A stretch of DNA of 64,000 bases from an uncultured delta proteobacterium. Lineage in GTDB: Bacteria; Myxococcota; Myxococcia; Myxococcales; Anaeromyxobacteraceae. Shown piece by piece: positions 21,794 to 30,541 of this stretch (the stretch's first letter is position 1; each line of letters begins with the position of its first letter). Location of the stretch: the NCBI GenBank assembly GCA_963766715.1, contig CAVYBH010000015.1:256001-320000 (forward strand), written 5' to 3'. The translations under genes were made by a program, and so were the position numbers. The notes under the pieces were generated by a model. That model had not been told where the DNA came from. It ran no database searches and worked only from the letters and a program-made list of their open reading frames with translations.

Positions 21794-23173
21794 ATGTCCC
21801 TCACGCTCCAGGACGTCAGCCACGCGGTTCGCGAGACCCAGTACGCGGTTCGCGGTGCCATCGTGGCTCGCGCCGGCGAGCTGGAGCGGCAGGGGCGGCG
21901 GATCATCTACTGCAACATCGGCAACCCCCAGTCGCTCGGGCAGAAGCCGCTCACCTACGTCCGGCAGGTCCTCGCGCTCTGCGAGTACCCGGCGCTCCTC
22001 GAGGGGCCGGCGGCGGCGGCCTTCCCGGAGGACGCCCGCGAGGCGGCCCGGCTCGTGCTGCGCGAGAGCGGCGGGCACGGCGTGGGGATCTACACCGAGA
22101 GCAAGGGCTGGCGCTTCGTCCGGCAGGCGGTGGCCGACTTCGTCCACGAGCGCGACGGCATCCCCGCCGACGCCGAGCACGTCTTCCTCACCGACGGCGC
22201 CAGCAAGGGCGTGCAGTCGGTGCTGCGCCTGCTCGTCGACGGCCCGGCGGACGGGGTGATGATCCCCATCCCGCAGTACCCGCTCTACTCGGCCTCCCTC
22301 ACGCTGCTGGGCGGCACGATGGTCCCGTACTACCTGGACGAGGCGAAGGACTGGAGCCTCTCCCGCCACGCGCTCGAGACCGCCCACGCGGAGGCGGTGA
22401 CGCGGGGGATCCGGGTCCGGGCCATCGCGGTCATCAACCCGGGGAACCCCACCGGCGCGGTGCTCGACGAGTCCAACGTGGCGATGGTGCTCGACTTCGC
22501 CCGCGCCCACGGGCTCTCGGTGCTGGCCGACGAGGTCTACCAGGAGAACGTCTACCGGGCGGGCGACCGCTTCGTCTCCTTCGCCAGCGTGCTCGTCCGG
22601 CGCGGCCTCCTCGACGTGCCCCTCTTCAGCTTCCACTCCGTGTCGAAGGGGTTCTTCGGCGAGTGCGGCCACCGGGGCGGATACCTCGAGTGCCGCAACG
22701 TCCCGGCCGAGGTGATGGCGGAGGTCGAGAAGCTCCAGTCGGTGGCGCTGTGCGCCAACTCGGCGGGACAGCTGGTCACCTGGATCCTGGTGCGGCCGCC
22801 CCGGCCCGGCGAGCCCTCCTTCCCGCTCTTCGACCGGGAGCGGCGCGGGATCCTCGAGTCGCTGAAGCACCGGGCCGCGCTGCTCGGGAAGGGGCTGAAC
22901 GCCATCCCGGGCATCCAGTGCAACGCGCTCACCGGGGCGATGTACGCCTTCCCGCGGATCACGCTCCCGCCCGGGACCACCGACGCCGAGTACTGCCTCG
23001 CCTTGCTCGAGGAGACCGGCATCTGCGTGGTCCCGGGGTCGGGGTTCGGCCAGCTCCCCGGCACCTGCCACTTCCGGACCACCATCCTGCCGCCGGTCGA
23101 GGAGATCGAGACGGTGGTGCGGAAGCTCTCCGGGTTCCACGCCGCGTTCGTCCGGGCCCACGGCGGGGCCTGA
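21794..23173 (+). CDS. Alanine aminotransferase, eukaryote-like AlaAT/GGAT type
   Basis: QYAVRG, CNIGNPQSLGQKP, LTDGAS, PIPQYPLYSA, INPGNPTG, ADEVYQENVY, SFHSVSKG..GECG.RGGY, VVPGSGFGQ..GT.HFRTTILP. Confidence 0.9.
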   Translation: MSLTLQDVSHAVRETQYAVRGAIVARAGELERQGRRIIYCNIGNPQSLGQKPLTYVRQVLALCEYPALLEGPAAAAFPEDAREAARLVLRESGGHGVGIYTESKGWRFVRQAVADFVHERDGIPADAEHVFLTDGASKGVQSVLRLLVDGPADGVMIPIPQYPLYSASLTLLGGTMVPYYLDEAKDWSLSRHALETAHAEAVTRGIRVRAIAVINPGNPTGAVLDESNVAMVLDFARAHGLSVLADEVYQENVYRAGDRFVSFASVLVRRGLLDVPLFSFHSVSKGFFGECGHRGGYLECRNVPAEVMAEVEKLQSVALCANSAGQLVTWILVRPPRPGEPSFPLFDRERRGILESLKHRAALLGKGLNAIPGIQCNALTGAMYAFPRITLPPGTTDAEYCLALLEETGICVVPGSGFGQLPGTCHFRTTILPPVEEIETVVRKLSGFHAAFVRAHGGA

Positions 23174-23179
23174 TCCCGA

Positions 23180-23584
23180 TCAGTGCGGGTGGGTCGACGC
23201 GCCGGCGCGCTCCTCGGCGTGCCGGCCGGGCCGGGCGTAGTCGGCGAAGCCCGCGAAGTCGAGGAGCACGCAGGGCTCGCTCCCCACCGTCCACGCGTCG
23301 TGCCCGGGCGGGATGGTGACGAAGTCCCCGGGGGCGATCTCCGCCTCCTGCCCGTCGTCCATGACGACGCGCATCCGCCCGGAGAGCACGTAGCCGGCGT
23401 GCGCCGCCTCGCAGCTCGCGGTCCCGGCGATGGGCTTCACGTGCTTCGACCAGCGCCACCCGGGCTCGAAGATGCCGCGGCCGACGAGGTCGTCGCCGAG
23501 GCGGATGAGCTCCAGCCGGCCCTTGTCCACGAAGGGCCTCGTCTCGTCGGGTGCGGAGAACCGCTTGATCGCCATGCGGGTCAT
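23180..23584 (-). CDS. Cupin domain protein
   Basis: FEPGWRWSKHVKP..GT.SC...H.GYVLSG, IPPGHDAW. Confidence 0.85.
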   Translation of the reverse strand: MTRMAIKRFSAPDETRPFVDKGRLELIRLGDDLVGRGIFEPGWRWSKHVKPIAGTASCEAAHAGYVLSGRMRVVMDDGQEAEIAPGDFVTIPPGHDAWTVGSEPCVLLDFAGFADYARPGRHAEERAGASTHPH

Positions 23585-23738
23585 GTGGCTGCCTCCTCGA
23601 CCGGCGCGCCTCCCGCGGCCGGCCGTCGAGCACGTTGCGCCCCGCCGGAGGGCGCGATCAAGCGACCGCCGGGCTCTTGCGGGTTCCCCCGTCGGGCCCG
23701 TGGGAAAACCGCTTTTCGCGCCACGCTGGCCCCGCCGC

Positions 23739-24263
23739 TCACCTGGCCGGGAGCACCGCCTCCAGCTTCTTCTTCAGCTCGGCGGAGGTGGGCTCGACGC
23801 TCGAGTCGAGGTGCGCGACCACCTTGCCGGAGGGATCGACGAGGAACTTGTTGAAGTTCCAGGTCACCGCCCCGCCGTTCACGGGAAGGGTGGTCAGGTA
23901 CGCGTACAGCGGCGCCGCGCCGGCCCCCTTCACCGCGATCTTGGCGAAGAGCGGGAAGGTCGTCTTGTAGCGCGCCTCGCAGAACTTCTTGATCTGGGCG
24001 TTCGAGCCCGGCTCCTGCGCGCCGAAGTCGTTCGACGGGAAGGCCAGCACCTCGAATCCCCGCGCGCGGTAGGCCTGGTAGAGCTCCTCGAGCCCCTTGT
24101 ACTGCGGGGTGTACCCGCACTCGGAGGCCGTGTTCACGAGCAGGAGCGCCTTGCCCTTGTACTGGGAGAGCGAGACCTCCTTCCCGTCGATGGTGGTCAC
24201 CTGGAAGTCGTGGACGCTCATCGGGGCACCTGCCAGCAGGAGGGAGAGAAGGGCGGCGTTCAT
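23739..24263 (-). CDS. Glutathione peroxidase family protein (Cys type)
   Basis: VNTASECGYTPQY, AFPSNDFGAQEPG, WNFNKFLV. Confidence 0.93.
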   Translation of the reverse strand: MNAALLSLLLAGAPMSVHDFQVTTIDGKEVSLSQYKGKALLLVNTASECGYTPQYKGLEELYQAYRARGFEVLAFPSNDFGAQEPGSNAQIKKFCEARYKTTFPLFAKIAVKGAGAAPLYAYLTTLPVNGGAVTWNFNKFLVDPSGKVVAHLDSSVEPTSAELKKKLEAVLPAR

Positions 24264-24316
24264 GGCGGGGAGCTAACCGGGGCGGGTATGCTGCGCCAGC
24301 CCCGGACTCCTGCCTC

Positions 24317-25400
24317 GTGATCGCCCTCTACCTCTCCGGCCACGGCTACGGCCACATGACCCGGGCCTGCGAGGTGCTCGCCGAGCTGCGCCGGCGGGAT
24401 CCGTCGGTCCCCCTCGCCGTGGTCGGCTCGGTCCCCGAGCGGCTGGTGCGGCGGGCCGTCCCGGGGCCGCTCACGTTCCGGACGGCCGCCTGCGACGTGG
24501 GGCTCGTCCAGCACGACGCCCTCCGCATCGACGAGGCGGCCACGGCCGCCCGGTGCCGGGAGTTCGAGTCCACCTGGGACGCGCGGGTCGAGGCAGAGGC
24601 GGGCTTCCTGCGCGAGGCCCGGGTCGGCCTGGTGGTCGGCGACATCCCCGCCCTCGCCTTCGCGGCGGCCGCGCGCGCCGGGGTCCCCTCGGTGGGGCTC
24701 GGGAACTTCTCCTGGGACTGGATCTACCGGCACCTGTCCGTCCGGGAGCCCGGCCTGGCCGCGTCGGCCGCGCTCGCCGCGTCGGCCTACCGCCAGGCGT
24801 CGCTCCTCCTCGAGCTCCCCTTCGCCGGAGACCTGTCGGCGTTCGCGCACCGGGAGCCGGTCGGCCTGGTGGCCCGGCGCCCCAGGGTGGCCCGCGCGGA
24901 GGCGCGCCGCCGGCTCGGCCTCGACGATCGGACCGCGGTCCTCCTCTCCTTCGGCGGCGTGGGGCCGCCCGCTCTCCCCCGGGACGCGACGCCCGCCGCC
25001 GGCGACCTCCGCTGGCTGCGGCCGGAGGACGTCGACCATCGGCTGGAGGCGCTCGATCTCACCTTTCCCGACGCGGTGGCGGCGGTGGACGTGGTGGTGA
25101 CGAAGCCCGGGTACGGCATCGTCTCCGACGCCATCGCCGCGGGAACCCGGGTCGTCTACACCGAGCGGGGCGACTTCCCCGAGTACCCGATCCTCGTGGA
25201 AGGGATGAGCCGCCACCTGGCCTGCACCCACGTCTCGAACGCCGACCTGCTGGCCGGGCGGATCGTGGAGCCGGTGCGACGAGTCCTCCGGCTGCCGATC
25301 CCGCCGCCCCCGGAGATGGAGGGCGCGACCCGGGCGGCGAGCCGCCTGCTCGAGTCATATCCACCGGGGCGGCGTGGCGCCGGGGATTCGCTCCGGATAG
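24317..25400 (+). CDS. GT-B glycosyltransferase-like protein (end approximate)
   Basis: SGHGYGHMTR, LVVGDIP, NFSWDWIY, LLSFGG, VVTKPGYGIVSDAI, RGDFPEY. Confidence 0.75.
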
Positions 25401-25408
25401 ACCCGGGC

Positions 25409-25750
25409 ATGCCCGTCATCCTGGCCGTCCGCGACCTCGTCTTCCGCTCCAAGATCCTCGCCGCCGCCGAGCGGCTCGGCGCCGACGTGAAGCTCGCGCC
25501 GCGCGGCACCCCGCTCGAGCAGGCGGCGCGCGACCTCGGCCCGGGCACCCTCGTCCTCGACCTCGGCGAGCCCGGCGTCGTCGACCAGGTGCCTGCCGCG
25601 AAGGTCGCCGGCGCGACCCGGGTCGTCGGATTCCTCGGCCACCTCCAGGCCGACCTGATGGACGCGTCGCGCAGGGCCGGGGTCGACGAGGTGCTCACCC
25701 GCGGCCAGTTCGTTCAGCGGCTCGACGACATCCTGCGCGGCACCGCCTGA
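25409..25750 (+). CDS. Stand-alone receiver-like (response-regulator fold) protein
   Basis: Own ATG; VRDLVFRSKI, LVLDL, VVGFLGHLQ.DL...RRAG.DEVL.R. Confidence 0.6.
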   Translation: MPVILAVRDLVFRSKILAAAERLGADVKLAPRGTPLEQAARDLGPGTLVLDLGEPGVVDQVPAAKVAGATRVVGFLGHLQADLMDASRRAGVDEVLTRGQFVQRLDDILRGTA

Positions 25751-25850
25751 TCCGTTCGGACTGCACCCGAATGGGTGGGGTCAGGACGAAGGAAATGCTT
25801 ACCGAACGCCTCCTTCGCATGATTTCGCGCTCCATGAGAGGGGCCTCATC

Positions 25851-26818
25851 ATGCTGGCAGGTTCGCGGTCGTCTCCGGCGAAGCTCCTTCCCGTAGGGCT
25901 CGCCGCGGCGAGGAACTTCGGGAGCTTCGAGGAGCTCGCCACCTGGGCGCCGGCCTGGAACGAGTCGGAGATCCAGCTCGGGCGGGGCAGGTTCCGGGGC
26001 AGGCTGGTCGTCGCCCACACCGCGCGGATCCAGCTCGCCCTCGTGGTGCGCCGGCCGGGCGTCCTGTGCCGCGGCACGCCGCCTCCGGGAACCCGGGTGG
26101 TCGGACTCTGCCTGTCGGCGGGGCCCGCCTTCCTCCAGGGGCGGCCGTTCCGCCGCGGCGACGTCCCGGTGATCCTCGGGGGAATGCCCTACGAGTTCCG
26201 CGCGCCCGGCGCGCACCTCGTCTTCCTGCTGGCGGTGGAGGAGTTGCTGCTTGTCCCGGCATGCGGCCTCGCGGGGGCGCCCCCAGGCCTTCGACGTGGA
26301 CGGGTGGATGCGCCTCCGGGACGGCGAGGCCGGGCGCGCGCTCGGGCGCGCCTGGTACGGCGAGCTTCGGCGGGCGCTGCGGGACGCCGGGGGCGCTCGT
26401 CGATCCGGTCACCTCCTCCCGCTTCGAGGACGCCGTCCTCGACGCGCTGCTCGACGCCACCACCGAGCTCCCCTCCGCGGGCCGGCCGGCGACGCGGACC
26501 GATCCGCTGCGGCGGGCCGAGGAGTACCTCACGGCGCACCTCGCCGAGCCAGTGACGGTCAGTGAACTATCCCGGGCCGTCGGCGTCCCGGTGCGCACCC
26601 TCCACAGCGGCTTCCGCCGGTCGCTCGGCCTCCCCCCCAAGACCTACGGCAGGGTGCTGCGCCTCAACGCCGCCCGCGTCGACCTGCGCAAGGCCGGGCC
26701 GGGCGTGACGGTGAGCCAGGTGGCGATCCGCTGGGGCTTCTTCCACCTCGGCAACTTCGCGGCCGACTACCGCCGGATGTTCGGCGAGAGCCCGTCGGAG
26801 ACGCTGCGCCCCGGCTGA
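25851..26818 (+). CDS. AraC family transcriptional regulator, EutR-like (frameshifts within 26230-26400)
   Basis: N-terminal IQLGRGRFRG; C-terminal AEEYL..HLAEPVTVSEL...GV..RTL..GF and RLN.AR..L...TVSQVA.RWGFFHLG.FAADYRRMFGE.PSETL. Confidence 0.85.
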
Positions 26819-27436
26819 TCAGGGACGCTCGACCTCGACCGCCTCGACCCAGACCTGCTCGCAGGCGCCCGAGCCGACGTCGTCCCGGGACAGGCTGGTG
26901 GGCGACTGGAAGGCGGTGCGCCCGGCGCGGTCCCGGATCACCACGTCGACGAGCTTGCCTCGGAGCGTCACCAGGTCGCCCTCGCGGATCCGCTTCATCT
27001 CCCGGGCCACCTCGTCCGACGCGGGCACCAGGTGGTGGTTCGCCACGTGGCGCTCGATGACCTGCTGCCCGGGAAAGGCCCCACCGCCGTCGTGCCACCA
27101 GCTGACGTACCGGCCGGAGAGGTGGAACTTCATGTGCGCCAGCACCTCGGGGGTGGCGACCGGGCCCCAGGCGAGGGCCAGGTCCATGGGGAGGACGAAG
27201 TCCCACTGATCGAGCAGCGTCCGGCTGGTGTCGACCGCGTAGCCGGTGATGCGGTAGCCGGCGCGCGGCGTGAGGGTGACGTGGTGCTCCTTGGCCTCGA
27301 ACTCGATGGGCGCCTCCCCGGCGAGCGCCACCTGCTCCGGCTCCGCCGCGGCGCGGGCCGGATCGACGCGGGCGCGCCAGTCCCGGCAGCCGGCGAGGAC
27401 GAGGAGCGCGGCCAGTGCCAGCCGGCGCGCGATCAT
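26819..27436 (-). CDS. Conserved hypothetical lipoprotein
   Basis: MIARRLALAALLVLAG-C lipobox; PMDLALAWG, ANHHLVPA, SLSRDDVGSGACE. Confidence 0.7.
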   Translation of the reverse strand: MIARRLALAALLVLAGCRDWRARVDPARAAAEPEQVALAGEAPIEFEAKEHHVTLTPRAGYRITGYAVDTSRTLLDQWDFVLPMDLALAWGPVATPEVLAHMKFHLSGRYVSWWHDGGGAFPGQQVIERHVANHHLVPASDEVAREMKRIREGDLVTLRGKLVDVVIRDRAGRTAFQSPTSLSRDDVGSGACEQVWVEAVEVERP

Positions 27437-27864
27437 GGGAGGCGGAGCACCATGCAGGCGGCCGAGGCGGGACAGAGCGACCGGAACTGGTCCCCCTCCC
27501 GGATCGAGGCGGGCACGAGCTCCCTCGGCACGTCCACGAAGCCGGCCCGGAGCGCCCGCTCTCGAACGGTGGTGGTGAGCAGGAAGAGGCGCCGGACCCC
27601 GAGCGCGGCGGCCTCCTTCACGGCGCGATCGTGCAGCGCCGCTCCCAGCCCCCGGCGGCGCTGGCCCGGGGCGACCGCGAAGGATCGCAGGAGCCCGTCC
27701 TGCCCGTGGACCTCGAACCCGATGCAGCCCAGGAGCTCCGCCCCGCTGCGGGCGACGAGGAAGCGCTGCCCGGGCCGACCGACGTCGTCGTCCTGCAGGG
27801 CGCAGGCCCGCAGGAGCGCGCGGATCTCCGGCAGGTCCCCGTCCGAGGCCCATCCGATGTCCAT
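27433..27864 (-). CDS. GNAT N-acetyltransferase, ArsN2-like
   Basis: GLLRSFAV, QRRRGLG acetyl-CoA loop, LFLLTTT, QFRSLCPASAACM. Confidence 0.75.
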   Translation of the reverse strand: MDIGWASDGDLPEIRALLRACALQDDDVGRPGQRFLVARSGAELLGCIGFEVHGQDGLLRSFAVAPGQRRRGLGAALHDRAVKEAAALGVRRLFLLTTTVRERALRAGFVDVPRELVPASIREGDQFRSLCPASAACMVLRLP

Positions 27865-27923
27865 GCGCCACCATACCCCGACGCCCCTCGGCACCGCGCC
27901 CCGAAGCGGGTTAACCTCCGGCC

Positions 27924-28679
27924 GTGCGCCTCGACACCTATGGCTGGCTGGTCCTCCTGGAGATCGCGCTGGCCGTCCCCACCCTGCTCTCGCTCGTCTT
28001 CATCCCCGCCCCCTACGGCCGTCACGAGCGGAAGGGCTGGGGCCCCACCATCCCCGCGCGGGTCGGCTGGATCGTCATGGAGAGCCCGGCGGTCTGGTTC
28101 TTCGCCTGGGTCTACTTCCAGGGCCCGAACGCGCTGCGGCCGGTGCCGCTCGTGCTGCTCGCCCTCTGGCAGCTCCACTACCTGTACCGGGCCTTCGTCT
28201 TCCCCTTCCTGCTGCGGGCCGAGGGGCGGCGCATGCCGGTCACGGTGGCCGCCATGGCCTTCCTCTTCAACCTGCTCAACAACTGGATCAATGCCCGCTG
28301 GATCTCGGCGATGGGCGACTATCCCGCCGGCTGGCTCTCCTCCACCCCGTTCCTGGTGGGCTCCGCGCTCTTCCTGGGGGGCTTCGCGCTCAACGTGACC
28401 TCCGACCGGACCCTGCGGAACCTCCGGGCCCCCGGGGAGACCGGCTACCGGATCCCCCGAGGCGGCGCCTTCGAGCTCGTCACCGCCCCCAACTACCTGG
28501 GCGAGATCATCGAATGGACCGGCTGGGCCATCCTGACCTGGTCGCCCGCCGGCCTGGCCTTCGCCGTCTACACCTTCGCCAACCTGGCCCCCCGCGCCGT
28601 CTCTCACCATCGCTGGTACCGGGAGCGCTTTCCCGACTACCCTGCGGGACGCAAGGCCTTCATCCCCTTCCTCCTCTAG
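27924..28679 (+). CDS. 3-oxo-5-alpha-steroid 4-dehydrogenase (SRD5A-type 5-alpha-reductase)
   Basis: APYGRH, WIVMESP, HYLYRA, SD..LRNLR..GETGYRIPRGG.FE.V..PNYLGEIIEW.G, PRAVSHHRWY...FPDYP..RKA.IPF. Confidence 0.92.
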   Translation: MRLDTYGWLVLLEIALAVPTLLSLVFIPAPYGRHERKGWGPTIPARVGWIVMESPAVWFFAWVYFQGPNALRPVPLVLLALWQLHYLYRAFVFPFLLRAEGRRMPVTVAAMAFLFNLLNNWINARWISAMGDYPAGWLSSTPFLVGSALFLGGFALNVTSDRTLRNLRAPGETGYRIPRGGAFELVTAPNYLGEIIEWTGWAILTWSPAGLAFAVYTFANLAPRAVSHHRWYRERFPDYPAGRKAFIPFLL

Positions 28680-28690
28680 GTGGACAAAGA

Positions 28691-29644
28691 GTGAAGATCC
28701 TCCTCACCGGACCCTTCGGCAACATCGGTTCCCACGTCATCCCCGAGCTGCTCCGCGAGGGGCACCAGGTCCGCGCCTTCGACCTGGACACCCCGGCGAC
28801 CCGCAAGGCGGCCCGCGACCTCGGCAAGAAGGTCGAGCCGGTCTGGGGCGACGTCCGCGACGCCCGGGCGGTCGCGCGGGCGGTCGAGGAGATGGACGCG
28901 GTGCTGCACCTGGCCGCGGTCATCCCCCCCGGGTCGGACGAGGACCCCGAGCGCACCCGGGCCGTGAACGTGCAGGGCACCGCGAACGTGGTGCAGGCCA
29001 TCCAGGGGCGCTCGCGCAAGCCGAAGCTCCTCCTCACCTCGACCTTCGACGTGCACGGCCACACGCTCCAGAAGCCGCCGCCCCGGCGGGTCGACGACCC
29101 CGTGGTGGGGACCGATCCGTACACGGAGAGCAAGATCGCGTCGGAGGCGCTGGTGCGCGAGTCGGGGCTGGACTGGTGCATCTTCCGGTTCACCGACGTG
29201 CCGATCATCGGCCTGCGCGACCCGCACCCGATCATGTTCGAGATCGGGCTCGACAACCGCATCGAGGCCCTCCACCCCGACGACGCCGCCACCGCGGTGG
29301 CCCGGGCGCTGCGGACGCCGGCGGTGTGGGGGCGCACCCTCTTCGTGGGCGGCGGAGCCTCCTGCCAGCTCACCTACCGCGAGTACCTCACCCGCATGCT
29401 CCGGGCCATGGGCATGGACATGCTGCCCGACGAGGCCTTCAGCGACGCCGAGTACCCCACCGACTGGGTGGACAGCGAGGAGTCGCAGCGCCTGCTCCGG
29501 TACCAGCGGCACAGCTTCGACGACATCACGGCCGACATCGCGAAGTGCCTGGGGTGGAAGAAGGCCTTCGTCCCCATGGCCTCGCCGATGGTCCGCAAGA
29601 AGATGCTGGAGATGTCGCCCTACTGGAAGCAGCGGCAGCGGTAG
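28691..29644 (+). CDS. Extended SDR, NAD-dependent epimerase / 3-beta-hydroxysteroid dehydrogenase-like
   Basis: TGPFGNIG, VLHLAA, NV.GT.N, YTESK catalytic motif; starts 11 nt after the SRD5A homolog. Confidence 0.8.
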   Translation: MKILLTGPFGNIGSHVIPELLREGHQVRAFDLDTPATRKAARDLGKKVEPVWGDVRDARAVARAVEEMDAVLHLAAVIPPGSDEDPERTRAVNVQGTANVVQAIQGRSRKPKLLLTSTFDVHGHTLQKPPPRRVDDPVVGTDPYTESKIASEALVRESGLDWCIFRFTDVPIIGLRDPHPIMFEIGLDNRIEALHPDDAATAVARALRTPAVWGRTLFVGGGASCQLTYREYLTRMLRAMGMDMLPDEAFSDAEYPTDWVDSEESQRLLRYQRHSFDDITADIAKCLGWKKAFVPMASPMVRKKMLEMSPYWKQRQR

Positions 29645-29680
29645 TCGAGCCGCCGCCGCGCTTCCCGGGCCGCCGGCCGC

Positions 29681-30463
29681 CTACTCGCCCGCGGCGGTCT
29701 TGTGGTGGGCGTGGCCGTGCGAGTGGGCCGACGCGATGTGCGGCTTCCCGTGGCGCCCCGGAAGCACCTTGGCCGGGCGCGCGCCCGGGCCGGCCGGGAT
29801 GGCGTCGTCGGGGGGCTTCGTCGCGAAGACGCGGTTGACGATCGGCGCCATGAGACCCAGGCTGGTGGCCGCCAGCTTGCGCAGCGGGTTGCGCGAGGCC
29901 TCGCCGTTGGGGAGCGGCTGGCTCCAGGCCTTCCCGAGCAGGTCCATGTACATCCCCACGGTCTGCCCCGCGGTGGCGAAGTCGAGCGTGGAGAGGATCT
30001 CGTCGGCCAGGCCGAACGGCATGGACGTCATGATGGGGCCGCGCATGTACTCGGTGGCCCAGACGCCGTCGGTGAAGTTCATGGCGCGAGCCTGGCCGGG
30101 TCCCACCCAGACGCGGTCGCCCGGCTTGTAGATCCGCTTCTCGAACTGCCCCTCGCCGAAGTAGTGCATCTCGCCGTCGATGACGGTGTCCCAGAAGCCG
30201 ACCGCGTGGCGCCCCGAGTGCCCCTCGGAGCCGATGGGGGTGCCCCAGATCATGAGGTATTCCATCGACGACGCGAAGTAGAGCTTCATCTGGATCATCG
30301 CGCCGCCGGCGATGCTGTACATCCAGGGCTGCGAGCGGTCAATCCGGCCCGGGTAGGCATCCTCCCAGGCGTCGGCGATGGCGTCGAACATCTCGGGCTT
30401 GGGCTTGCCGATCCCCTGCAGGGAACACTCGTGGATGACGTCGGCGTCGAAGATGTAGTCCAT
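29681..30463 (-). CDS. ERG2 / sigma-1 receptor family protein (C-8 sterol isomerase-like)
   Basis: W...AGGAM..M....AS..EYL.IWGT.IGSEGHSGRH, DTVIDG, Y.PGD....GPG.A, W..EY.RG.I....PFGLAD...STLDF, colinear with yeast ERG2 and human SIGMAR1 as recalled. Confidence 0.9.
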   Translation of the reverse strand: MDYIFDADVIHECSLQGIGKPKPEMFDAIADAWEDAYPGRIDRSQPWMYSIAGGAMIQMKLYFASSMEYLMIWGTPIGSEGHSGRHAVGFWDTVIDGEMHYFGEGQFEKRIYKPGDRVWVGPGQARAMNFTDGVWATEYMRGPIMTSMPFGLADEILSTLDFATAGQTVGMYMDLLGKAWSQPLPNGEASRNPLRKLAATSLGLMAPIVNRVFATKPPDDAIPAGPGARPAKVLPGRHGKPHIASAHSHGHAHHKTAAGE

Positions 30464-30541
30464 GGCCAGGCTCCGGTGGGGTGGGAGAAGGCCGGGATTC
30501 TACAACGCCTCGACGCAGTGTGTCGAAGCCCCCGGTACGGG

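Noticed and set aside
24317..25750. Apparent glycosyltransferase-receiver fusion
   Set aside because: The linker is uninformative, a TAG lies at 25398-25400 in another frame and the receiver has its own ATG at 25409. Probably an indel artefact, although a fusion cannot be fully excluded.
25787..25817. CGAAGGA...TCCTTCG inverted repeat upstream of the AraC gene
   Set aside because: The 7-bp arms with a long spacer and no second copy noticed are insufficient evidence for an operator.
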